Source of the DNA: Sarea resinae
Taxonomy: Eukaryota
Reading direction: 5' to 3'
DNA length: 64,000 bases
Assembly: GCA_026026165.1 (NCBI GenBank)
Contig: JAPEUD010000013.1
Coordinates: forward strand, 248,001 to 312,000
Under the pieces are notes generated by a model. That model had not been told where the DNA came from, did not search any database, and worked only from the letters and a program-made list of their open reading frames with translations. Below are positions 12,808-26,080 of this stretch, piece after piece. The position numbers and the translations under genes are program-made. Each line of letters begins with the position of its first letter. The stretch's first letter is position 1.

Positions 12808-14010
12808 TTAGTTGAGCACCAGCCAAACGGGCGTCTTATCCTGCGTCGGAAACCTCGCCGCCGCCTCCCTCATCGCCCACAACTGCTTCCTGCACTTGGC
12901 CGGCTCCCCAATGGCCACAGCTGCAGCCGGATGAAGACCCATTTCCTTACGGATACCCTCGACGAAGTCGCGCGGCAAGCACTCGGCGACGTGGAACTTG
13001 TGGCGCCAGAACAAGCGGATGCCGATATCACCGAAGAGCTCGTTGGCCTCTCTCTCCGTGCGAGGTTGAGCCATGCTTGAGACGTTGTGAAAAGCCCAGA
13101 AGGCCTGCTCGTCCAGCATACCCGCGAGCAGACGGCGATCCCAGAGGAGTTTCTCTTTGAAGGGACCACCGTTCGGGTGGAAGCCGCAGAGCGAGCCGAC
13201 GTCGCAGGTGACGGTGTGGATGGAGAAGCGGTGCAAGTTTTGGACCTTGACGAGGGATTGCACCCATGCGGCGTCGAGACGGAGGGCCGATCGGAAACAA
13301 GTGCAGTTGCCCGCTCGACACAGGCCCCCGGAGCAGTGCGCGCTGAAGTCGAGCTCGATGTCCAACTCTTCGAGCGCCATGTTGTGAGCCATGAGGGCGC
13401 ATAGTTCGGGCCATGCTTCCGAGTCAAGGCTCTTCAACCCGACGCAGAGAGCTAGTCGTTTGATATGGGATCGGTTGGTCGGAGTCAGGTTCGTGAGGAG
13501 CTTTGTCACTATGGTAGGACTGGCATAGCAGGCGACCATGAAGCGGAAGGTGTGCGAGCGGTAGAGGTATGCAGACGCTTCGGCGTGGATGGCTTTGCTT
13601 GTGCGGAGTATGTTGGGGTGTAAGGAGGAACGCGCGCCGGTAAGGATATTCGTCCCATGTCTGGCGCCGTAGCGGTCACATTCTATGCCAACGTCGCGAA
13701 ACGGCGCACTGAAGAGGTAGCTATAGATCTGAGTGCGAAGCTCAGGAGGAAGACGCTGGAAGGGGAAGTGCTGGTTGGCGCGGAGGCGTGTGAGGGAGCG
13801 CGTGTTTCCACTAGGAGGAAAGTCGTTCATGAAGCCCTTTAAGCTCGATGTCTTGGAGTTGGTGGTGAGAAAGGTCGAGAGGTGAGATTTAGGCAAAGGT
13901 GAGAGGAGATAGCGTTGACGGCATCTCTTATAGATGACGACTTTTGGGGAAGATGGGAATGCACGGTGGCCATGTATAGATATCGCGTCGGAATGAATAG
14001 GAGAGCTCAT
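12808..14010 (-). CDS. Hypothetical protein with F-box-like (FxxLPxELRxxIY) N-terminal motif
   Basis: Long ORF; FPFQRLPPELRTQIYSYLF...ILRTSKAIHAEASAYLYRSHTFRF is typical of the fungal F-box-like/DUF7730-type expansion; start uncertain (14010 or 13830). Confidence 0.7.
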   Translation of the reverse strand: MSSPIHSDAISIHGHRAFPSSPKVVIYKRCRQRYLLSPLPKSHLSTFLTTNSKTSSLKGFMNDFPPSGNTRSLTRLRANQHFPFQRLPPELRTQIYSYLFSAPFRDVGIECDRYGARHGTNILTGARSSLHPNILRTSKAIHAEASAYLYRSHTFRFMVACYASPTIVTKLLTNLTPTNRSHIKRLALCVGLKSLDSEAWPELCALMAHNMALEELDIELDFSAHCSGGLCRAGNCTCFRSALRLDAAWVQSLVKVQNLHRFSIHTVTCDVGSLCGFHPNGGPFKEKLLWDRRLLAGMLDEQAFWAFHNVSSMAQPRTEREANELFGDIGIRLFWRHKFHVAECLPRDFVEGIRKEMGLHPAAAVAIGEPAKCRKQLWAMREAAARFPTQDKTPVWLVLN

Positions 14011-14390
14011 GGTGGCGGTGGTCTGACTTCGTAACGTTGCGGTGTAGAATTGGCTGGCTCTCGTCCGCCTCGAATTTAAGAAAAAGCAAAAATGGGAATG
14101 CCGTATTTCGCTCAGGCAATTTAAAGCTTTGGGTCTGTGTATTGTCAATAACACACCCTAGATCTTCCAGCTCGTTGGATGTTGATCAAAGCGAGCTCGC
14201 AGTAAGGCGAGGTCGACTCTCGGGAACGGTGTTATGGATAGATGTATGTAACGGTAATGAAGGTTTGTGAGACCATGAAACCCCATATTAGAAGATGTGT
14301 TAGAGGATGAGCCATGGATCTCATGTCATCAAGGTAGAGATGAAAGGACATCCTCTCTCGAGTGATCGCGGGATATGATAGACGATCTTG

Positions 14391-14744
14391 TCAGATGTAA
14401 CGGAACATATTGTTCTTGACACTCCGTTTCATCGAGACGGGCTGGCCGTCCTCGAGCTCGATACCTGCTGCGCCGCCATCGCCTGATCTGCCCTCAAGCT
14501 TCTGCCGGAGCTCCTCATCCAGTTGTGCCATCGTCTTGTGTTGTTTCGATGTTGGAGCTTTACCGTCGCTTTCTTCTGTGCTTGCTACTTTGGCCTTGGA
14601 TTTGTCGTCCGGAGATGGAGAGCCATTAGAAGCGGAGCGGATGCTCGTTACGCTTGTTTGGAATCGTGGGATGAAGGGTTTGCATGTCTGACAGGCCGGT
14701 CGGAGAGCCCGCAAGGCTGATGGAAAGCTCATCTTGAAGACCAT
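14391..14744 (-). CDS. Small conserved fungal protein, probably mitochondrial
   Basis: Single exon; Arg/Ser/Ala-rich, acid-poor N-terminus resembling a presequence; protein-like C-terminus KTMAQLDEELRQKLEGRSGDGGAAGIELEDGQPVSMKRSVKNNMFRYI. Confidence 0.75.
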   Translation of the reverse strand: MVFKMSFPSALRALRPACQTCKPFIPRFQTSVTSIRSASNGSPSPDDKSKAKVASTEESDGKAPTSKQHKTMAQLDEELRQKLEGRSGDGGAAGIELEDGQPVSMKRSVKNNMFRYI

Positions 14745-15116
14745 CGTGAATGACTACGGTGAGATGCAAGAGATAGAAAGGTCCATCCCGTAGACGGTCG
14801 GGGCGTTCTCGTCGTTAGAAAGGCCTACGATGATGTCGCTGCTAGGGTACCTCCGAATCAAGTAGCTGAACTATTCAAAACAATCATAGAGTGACTTCTG
14901 GGTTAGTCCCTTGAAGGGTAGGCTTAGCGCGAATGTCCCTTTCGCGTTGCTACTGCGCAGTACTTTACTGTATTCTACGGTAGTCTACCTACAGAGTAAA
15001 GTTGCTCAAGCAAGTCCCGATCATCAACTCGATCATCGATCATCAACCATCAAAGCTGCGTCCCACTCTTCGAGTCTTACTACGTATCTTGTGGTGATCA
15101 CGCCTCCTTCGCCAAC

Positions 15117-17717
<2,601 letters not shown>

Positions 17718-17881
17718 GCCAATTTTCTCAATAGGTTTTGGGTTCAATGGCTAGCATTCAAAGTATAACAATTGGAGACCTGGACAAGAGGCATTCTTTG
17801 TGACTATGTATGCTTATGCCTAGGCTGTCACATCTTGGAATTGGGGAAGAGGGCTAGACCGCCCTTCAATCTAGAGAGCCG

Positions 17882-17895
17882 TCTTATCGATAAGA
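17882..17895. promoter_or_regulatory. Perfect 14-bp palindrome TCTTATCGATAAGA (paired GATA-like sites) upstream of DCS1
   Basis: Seen directly about 225 bp before the DCS1 ATG; regulatory role inferred. Confidence 0.5.
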
Positions 17896-18118
17896 TTGTA
17901 TACTGCCATTACCCTGCACTCACACGCTGATCACACAATGATTGAGCTTCAATGTTCAGCATTCCGGCGCGCAATTAGAACTTTGCTGCTATCATTCATT
18001 GACATTCTAGACATTGCATTGTAACAATTTGGCTTGGAAGAGCTATATTAGCATCCAAATCTGAGCTAGTGAAGCCTTCTGGGCTTGAAATTTGGCGTTT
18101 CGTACACGAAAGAACATC

Positions 18119-19565
18119 ATGGCCGTCACCGCGGCCGCAGAAGCATTGGTACTGCAATTTGAATTTGAAAGGCTCCTCAATCAGGGCAAGAAACCACGAA
18201 CAGACTCGTCATACAAAGCTGACTCCAGATTCTCTTCCAGATCAAGGGGGCAGACGAATCATCCTCCTCGGCCGCATTGCCTCTCAGCCCGCGATTCTTC
18301 TCGCTGAACGCGCCGCCTTCTCAACCCTGACCCCTCACCTTTCCAGCTTCACATCTGGTCTCTCCGAGATCACCCAACTAGGATCTAATGATATCTACAG
18401 TTGGTATCTCGCCTCCTCTTCACCTGCGCCCGCTGTCTCCAACTCCAACACGTCCGCGACCGACGAGAATTCATCCCCACCGCCGGACCTAAAACTCAAT
18501 CTAATCTATCCGTGCACACCACAACATGTGAAGAAGTATTCCTCTCAGGGTGTCCGCATGGTTACAGAGACGCCAGAGATTTATGCGAAATATGTGAGGC
18601 CGTATATGCAGCGAAAGCGCGATGAGGGTCGCTTGAATTGGGTTTGGAATATCATTGAAGGGAGAACGGAGCAGGAGGATGTTTTCTATAGGCAGCATGG
18701 AGAAGAGGGGTTTCTAGTGTTGCCGGATCTGTGAGTGGACCCTCTATTATGTGGATTGTCTATGGCTGGTCGACATGGTTTATGCTGCCTGGACGCTAAA
18801 ACATTGCTCTACGACAACACTGATTTACCAATCGTCCTGTTGGTTTATCCTCCTATATTTGGAGCTTCCAGCTTCTCCTTTTTTGTTCGGAAGCATCTCC
18901 ACTACAGTATCAAAGCAAGACAAAACTCAAGCTAATCACTGATTTTCCCGCTTCTTTCTCACCACTAGAAATTGGGATCGCAAAACCCTCACAAGCCTAC
19001 ACCTGCTTGGCCTGGTCGAGAGACGCGACATCTGGTCTCTGCGTGACCTACGCAAATCACACGTCACGTGGCTGCGGCATATGAGATCGAAGTTGCTAGA
19101 TGCCACAGTGAAGTTGTATCCGCAGCTTGAGACGGACCAACTAAAGCTTTACGTCCACTGTAAGTTTCGCAGCGCGTTTCTTTCTAGCATCTCCCTCAGT
19201 TTTCTGCACATCAATTCGGATACCCTGGTATTTTCCCGATCTATAACACAGGCCTGCCCCCCAATTTGAGAGCCTTTTACAACTTCCAACAGAAAGCACA
19301 ACTGATTATAGCAGACCAGCCGACCTACTACCACTTTCACATTCACATCGTGCACGTCTCACTCGAGGCTGGTGCCACTCAAGCCACAGGAAAGGCCTTC
19401 GGACTAGAGAACTTGATTGCGCAGCTCGAGACAATAGGCCGCGCTGACGATGACGGTGCTGGTCTCGCAGATGTTAGCCTGACGTATTTTCTGGGCGAGG
19501 CTAACGAGTTGTGGACGGAGATATTCTCGCCGTTGAAGGAGACTGAAGGGGCGAAGGAGAACTAG
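18119..19565 (+). CDS. DCS1: Scavenger mRNA decapping enzyme (m7GpppX diphosphatase, HIT family), 4 exons
   Basis: FERLLNQ|DQGGRR, NDIYSWYLA, LKLNLIYPCT..HVKKYS, LPDL|NWDRK, YVH|YQPTYYHFHIH (HIT motif); introns 18186-18240 (GC-AG), 18731-18968, 19160-19314. Confidence 0.95.
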
Positions 19566-20630
19566 CAGAGTTGTCTTGGTATCAGGAAATTTCAAATAAT
19601 AGAAGTTACGCTCGGGATGAAAAGCATTAGTAGTAGGTAGAATTGTGACAAGGAGGTTTCTTCAGAAATGGAGAATAACGGACTCGAAAAACGCGCTAGA
19701 CCATGATGGCCTTGATATCAGAGCTAGAGTACCTAGATACGATATTGGTTGGCTTTTGAATGCTGGTGGAGGCGCAGGAGAAGGAGAAAGCAGAGCAAGG
19801 CAAACATCTCCATCAAACCCTTAATGGTATCAAAGTCAGGCCGTCTTATTGCCCTGCTTGACTCGGTCGTCGGTTCTCTTTTCGACGCCTCCCTAAATTT
19901 GATTTCCAGTCTCACTGCTAGTATTGCAACTTTCGGGCCTACGATCCCCGAGGAAGTGACTGGATCGCCGGCAAAGGGCCCCTGACCACCTTTTCTTTGT
20001 CCTGGCCACTTCCCTGTCTTGAATAAATGCCCGCTTGAGAATATCATAGCTACCGATCCGACACAGAGAAAGGCCTCTTACAGAGAGTTTCAGGCACTTC
20101 GTCATATTGCCTTTCTATATCTCCATCTCGGGTCGTCTTTTCTTCGTGAATCAAAATCTTTCTTTCTTAGCACTCATTCACTTCTACCTCACCCCGAGCC
20201 TTGATGATACTTGAAACTCTTTGACTATGGTTTTACAACGTTGCGACTTCACAGCTTCTCAATTCTCTTATTGTATCTAATATTCCATGTAGCCTTTAGG
20301 CTCCTAGTGCTACAGCCGCTTAATGAAATCTAGTATTTAGTCTCTGTCTTTTTGAGTGTTCGCAAACCGTTTGGAAGGACGAGTGAACGCTTTATATCCC
20401 CTATTTCATTAGTCTCTCATTAGATTCAGATCATTTCCAGCGCTATTAGACTATGGTGAGCTTCATGGGCATTTTATAGCGTCCACGAGCAGTTTAAATA
20501 TTCACGCTTTCTACCATATTATTAATAATAGAGCCATAGTAAGCTTCTGAAGAGTTGTTCACAATCTTCTTCGAGTACGCAAATTTACACTGAAGACTCT
20601 GGAGTATCTTCCGCCCTCTCGAAAATACCG

Positions 20631-21209
20631 CTAGTAAGCGCTCCCCTCCACCTGTCGGACCCCCTCCAACCCAGGCAACCAGCTCACACGATTCCTAGTA
20701 AATTGCTCCACTCTGGGTTTCAACTTGGTCTCGTGCAGATGGAAGTCATCTACGGTGCCGATGCGCGTGATGCTGTGGCCCGGGAAACCCGAACTGACGC
20801 GGTACATGAGCGTGCCGCACGTGGAACAGAAGTAGTTGGTCATGGTGTTGCCCGAGGCGATGGAGCGCGACTGGCTGAAGGTCTTCAGGTTGTCGCGGCC
20901 GCGCAGATGCTTCAGGTGCGTGTCGGCGACGATGAAATTGGATGCGAACATGGATGCGGTGATTTTGTGGCAGTCCGAGCAGTTGCAGACAAAGGAGTCA
21001 ACCAGGCCTGGGCCTTGGGTTGGCTGGGGGTTCGAAGACGGTATTAGAGCAGAGGGAGAAGATGGGACTTAGGAACCAGTGCTTACAAATGCCAATTGTA
21101 CCGACCCACAGAAGCATGTGGCTGTCGCTTCATCTTCTTTAGACCAACCGTCATCGCGGAGGCCGGCCAGAGGGAAATTGGCCATTTTAGAATCTTCCAC
21201 GGCGGTCAT
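20631..21209 (-). CDS. GFA/Mss4-like zinc-binding protein (glutathione-dependent formaldehyde-activating family), 2 exons
   Basis: TATCFCGSVQLAF|...FVCNCSDCHKITASMF...NYFCSTCGTLMYR: CxC, CxCxxC and CxxCG pattern of GFA. Confidence 0.88.
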
Positions 21210-22127
21210 GGCTGTGTGCCTTTATATAGCTGTGGAGCGTGATGTAGGTAAGATTGGTTGTCTAGGACAACTGTAAATATTGAAGAATTAAAAAAAGATT
21301 TCAGATGCAGGAGAGGAAGAAAGATTTATATAAGAAATGACAAGCTAATCAAAACATAGAGCAAAGGTGGGGTAGGATCAAAGCTATCCACAGCAACATT
21401 AACAACCAGACGGCGCGAAATGTACTGTATCGGAATGTTAGCAGTGACAGCAGCTCTAATATGATTGCTCGTTATGCTCTACGTCCGCTTTGAAATCAGG
21501 ACTCTTTTCGCTGCTCAAACGCTACAATGTAAGAGCGAGATAGAGCGGTCGTAGTCGTAGTCCCTTCAAACGAAGGCACCTCAACAAAGACGTGCTTACC
21601 CGGCGCGCCACCCACGTCAGCTTCCCTTACCTGGCGACCACCTCACCTTGCGGTTCCGGCATTAGTAAGATCAACAGAGTCAAGGCCTCTGGAGCTTTAT
21701 ATAGAGAAGAGCAGCACTCGGACTCTGTGAAGCTTCAGGAGCCCCCTGTGTACAGCTATCTGCCTGCATTCTATGCTCTCACAAGAGCTCTGCTGATAAA
21801 TAGGGATGATGGTATCTGCTTAAGCTTGTAGCGGATAGCCTTCAGACCTCTAACAATAATAGGATACAGACTTAGTAAGACCTATACCCCCTCCTTTCTG
21901 CTATAATACGATTTGTAAGCACCTTCACTGGTAGCTCACTCTGCCTCTATGGTCTTCATTTCTAGAGTGCTGACGTTCTTCTCAAAGTCTTGCTACATGT
22001 ATCGAAGAAAGCAGAAAGAGGGCAACCTTCTTGGCACGTTTTTTTCGTAGTCAGAGCTCTTGACTGCGAGCCTTGATCTCTCTGTCCTCTTCGCAGGCGG
22101 CGGCACCAGTCTTAAATGTCCGTGGCT

Positions 22128-22729
22128 ATGGGTGACAGTAGTAATGATGGGCATAGGTGTGACCGGTGTTTGAAGCTCTACTCACGAAGTATTCTTGCTC
22201 TACTCACGAAGTATTCTTACTCTGATATGATGGTAATATGGCTAGCATTGATCTCACTGACCCCCTGATCACAGGGGATCTACTCATGCGCCACCGCCGG
22301 CGCTGCCAACCGCATAGAGTCGTCTCGAAGAGAAAGGCATGCCGCACTTGTGCTAGGGCCAAGATTAAATGCTCTCATGAAAGGCCCCGCTGCTTGAGCT
22401 GTACGAGGCGGGGTATACCTTGTGAGTATCCAACGAGTTTGGAGAGCAACAACAACATCCATATCGACATCAACGACAGCGAGGATCAAAACAGTAATGA
22501 TGCTGGCAAAGAAAGCACCGAAGAAAGCACTAGCACTCCACTTGCAATTACAGGTGCAGATAAGCCCCAAGATATGATAGATATGCCTGCCTACATGGGC
22601 GATGGCGGCAGTATCGGAGAGCTCGATTACAACTTTCAATGGAGTGCCATCATGTCCCCTTTGACATCAGAAACATTTGATGTGCCTACGGAGGCTCGAG
22701 CCGGGATTTCCCAGGCTCAAGTTCCATGA
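22128..22729 (+). pseudogene. C2HC zinc finger + Zn(II)2Cys6 transcription factor, apparently C-terminally truncated
   Basis: MGDSSNDGHRCDRCLKLYSR|RDLLMRHRRRC (intron 22189-22274), then KACRTCARAKIKCSHERPRCLSCTRRGIPCEYP; stops at 22729 with no regulatory domain or obvious further exon. Confidence 0.65.
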
Positions 22730-22999
22730 TAGATTGTCAAGCAGCATTTCTCGGGGGGATGTCGTTGCCCCTTCCCCCGCGAGCTCCGGTCCAAGGACGT
22801 GCAGCACGGTCTCCAACAGAGGAGTGTTGGCTTCGACGATCTGACGGGCTCTATAGGGTCCTTGCGGCAGAGACCAGCCTTTGCCTTTTACCATGGCCTG
22901 GCCGTTGCTGCCCTCGACGATGGAACGTAGCACGGTGCCGATTCGAAGACGAAGAGGGCCAGACGCCTCGAACGGCTGCTCAACATGCGCAGGGGCCAT
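22667..22999 (-). CDS. Short ORF or gene fragment convergent with, and overlapping, the zinc-cluster gene
   Basis: AAACAAGATGGCC start context; protein-like MAPAHVEQPFEASGPLRLRIGTVLRSIVEG...MLLDNL; no family recognised. Confidence 0.35.
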   Translation of the reverse strand: MAPAHVEQPFEASGPLRLRIGTVLRSIVEGSNGQAMVKGKGWSLPQGPYRARQIVEANTPLLETVLHVLGPELAGEGATTSPREMLLDNLSWNLSLGNPGSSLRRHIKCF

Positions 23000-23944
23000 C
23001 TTGTTTGCGAAAATGTTATTGTGTTGCTTGAGCGTTGTTGTATTCGATGAGAATCGCAATGTCTGCATTGTCCCCAAGGCACCAAGTCAGTCAAGCGTAG
23101 ACATCCGTTCTAGAAGATAAATGAATCCTAGACCAGCATTCGTCGAATCAAATTGAAGTCCAGCAAGCAATTGAATAATATAAACCTACCTGAGAGATAG
23201 CGAAGACGAAGCTGAAGCCGGTTCCAAAGACGACTGACTACTCGGCGAGCGACAGACAGTCCAAAAACAAGAACCAAAATCAACCATGTAAAAGTATTCC
23301 TGACCTGCACTGCACCACTTTGAACTTCATAGACAACTTTTCTTTTTCTTCGCCTTGCCTACAAACACGCAACCCGCGAGCCCTTTATATCCTTACATCA
23401 ACCACGATTGACGGGCCCGCATCTGCATTTGCATCTGCATTGTTAAGCATCCCCCGTTCGACCTTCGGGACATCAGACGTCGTCGTTTGTTTATCGCTTC
23501 CCCTTTCTCGGAATTGGGTGGTCGTTCACCAGCGCGCTGACAATTGACAATCGACGGGAAACGGGGGATGGACGACCATCCTTCTCCGAAAACCATCCTA
23601 TCCCCTCCCCTCCTACCCCACCACTTTCCCTTTTTTTTCTTCTTTTCTCTTTGCCGCCAAGGTATCAGCACAGCGCTTTTCGCTCCGTGCGTAGGTGTTG
23701 GGTGTGAGATTGTGCCGTCTCTGCTGAGTGAGTTGAGCGGGTGAGTTGAGTTGAGTTGAGTGAGTGGATGAGATTGGTAATCAGTTCGATGGTGAGTGGG
23801 TTGGCTTTTGGGGAGCAATGGTGCTCTGTAAGATAGGTATTGTCGACGGACGGGTAGGTAGGTAGGTAGGGAGGGTATGGTATGGTATGGCTTGAAACTT
23901 GTGGAGGGAACTCCGGGGGTGGGGAGGGAGGGAGGCCTGTGTCT

Positions 23945-23960
23945 TCTCTCTCTCTCTGTC

Positions 23961-23992
<32 letters not shown>
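23945..23992. repeat. (CT)n microsatellite
   Basis: Directly visible dinucleotide run. Confidence 0.95.
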
Positions 23993-24310
23993 GCGACGGC
24001 TGCTGAGACAGGAACAGAGACAGACGGAGACAGAGAGAGACAGAGACGGAGACAAGCACAGTGTCACACATACCATACCATACTATCCTACGCTACCCAC
24101 ACACCTCTCGGCCCATGGGGGGCCCAAAGGGCTCGATTTTCCTCTCCATATACCTACATAACCTTGAGACTCCGACTACGACTACGCGGTAGGTGGGTAA
24201 ATACTTGCGTTGGATCGTGAGTCGTGAGATGAGGTAGACTCTGCTACCTACTTTAGTCTAGTCCCCGGAAAGTCGGTGGGAGAGATCAGAGGTGCGTCGT
24301 CGTGTATGGA

Positions 24311-24353
24311 ATGGATGGATGGATGGATGGATGGATGGATGGATGGATGGATG
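24311..24353. repeat. (ATGG)n microsatellite
   Basis: About 10 tandem ATGG units. Confidence 0.95.
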
Positions 24354-24887
24354 TATTTGTCTGGCTGGCTGGCTGCTAGATTGCTTTCACGCTTGGGAAA
24401 AGTATCGTGATGGTGGAAGTGGAGGGGGAGGGGGAGGTGGAAGAGGAAGAGGAAGAGGAAGAGGAAGCTGGCGGGCAAGGGGGACTCGATGATACCGCGG
24501 GGTTTGAATACATGTGCGTTTCTCTGTCGCGTTGTATGGTAAGGTATGGTATGGTAAGGTATCCTACGCCGTCGCCGTGTCTGCTGTCTCATCGCATCTC
24601 TCCTCATGTCATCTCTTCTCAGCCACGCTTGATTTGTGATGTATGCCATAGAGGAGATTATCGCAAACCCCGAAACAGTACTCCGCAGCCTTCCTGTGAT
24701 CTAGCTCCAAACACCCATGCTCCAACCTGTCCCACGAAATCTCCCAGTCTCGGCCAGCACCAGTCCCATGCATTATCTGCGAGTTCCATACATTATCTGC
24801 ACCGCCCTCTCCTGTGGGACAGGCCAATCTATGCCACCAGCCCGCCCACCATGCTCATCCTCCCCACCCTCCAATAACACAGATCTT

Positions 24888-25335
24888 TTAATGCTGCACC
24901 TTATGATCGCCCTTGACGGCCTCAGCATACGACGGCGGCACTCCGCCCCCAGCCCTGTTCCCGTCGGCGGCCGACCCCGCCGAATTTCCCGCGACCGTCG
25001 TTCCGTAGTCCATGCGTCTCTCGCGGCGCTCCTCGCCACCGCCACCACCACCACGCTCCGGGTCTTGCGCCACGGCCTCGTAGCCCGGGTCTGGATGCAG
25101 CGAAATAATGTACCAGGCGTGCAGGAGACCGGGCAGGTAGCCCAGGCAGCAGAGCAGGAGGTTCAACAGCGATGCGCCACTGCAAATGCCGAGCTTGATC
25201 CACACTGTTGCAGGAGCGTTAGTGTCGTTGAGTCTTGGAATTGGAAAAGGGAGACGGGGGAGTGTGAGAAGACAAACCTGGGAGTGGGGGGAAGAGAACC
25301 GCGAGCAGGAAGAGAAAGAGATCGGGCGTGCACAT
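24888..25335 (-). CDS. Pmp3/SNA-family (UPF0057) membrane proteolipid with C-terminal PY motif
   Basis: MCTPDLFLFLLAVLFPPLP|VWIKLGICSGASLLNLLLCCLGYLPGLLHAWYII; intron 25277-25205; PPSY motif as in Sna3. Confidence 0.9.
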
Positions 25336-26080
25336 GGTTGCTTTGGATGTGTGGAGATGGTGTCAGATAGGATCACTTTGACGCTGGGCGATCGTTCTTG
25401 TGTGTGTGCGTGCGCCGCTTCGGAATTAAGAATCGGATGCTATGTGAACTGACTTGAGCAAAAGCAGCCTGTAGGAAAGGGTCGTTTTGTTGCTGATGTC
25501 TATGTAGGCTTTGCGGTAGATGCTGCTTGGATAGGAAGTCGAAAGAAAGGTCGCCGAGTGAGGGCGAGAGGAGGCGCAGGTGGTGTGAAGGCGCAGGCAC
25601 CGGGCGGCGATGACGCCGCTTCCATTGCCATGTTCGGCTGCAGCCTATTCAGGTAGGCGCCGTTTCAGTCATGGTGGCGGGGCCGAGGGGCTGAAATGGG
25701 CCCCCCCGACGCGGCAAATTCCGTGTAGCTTGATCCTCTCTATTGATGCCACAGGAGCATTATTACACGTCACGGTGAGGTGGTAGACGATCTTTTCGAG
25801 TTATGGATTTGGAGAACGAGCGGAGCGATCATTTCGTTATTCTACTGGTTCTTCTGGACTGATAGTATTCTCTTTTCCTTGAAGCCGGGACGACAGGGAG
25901 CGTCTTTTACCGCCAATATATCATAACCACCTTGCTCTCTTCTGCGCCATTCCGAATAGCATACAAACACTCGCATCTGGAAGGATATTGCCATGATAGC
26001 TCATCCTGATCCCTCGAATTCACGCCTAACAAATGCAAGAGCCAAGAGAAAGGCAAGCCAAGCCAAGGCAGAGTAGTCTC

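Noticed and set aside
23393..24877. ORFs of 60-227 aa in the repeat-rich spacer
   Set aside because: Translations are microsatellite read-throughs (RERERE, WMDG, HPSI) with no domain signal
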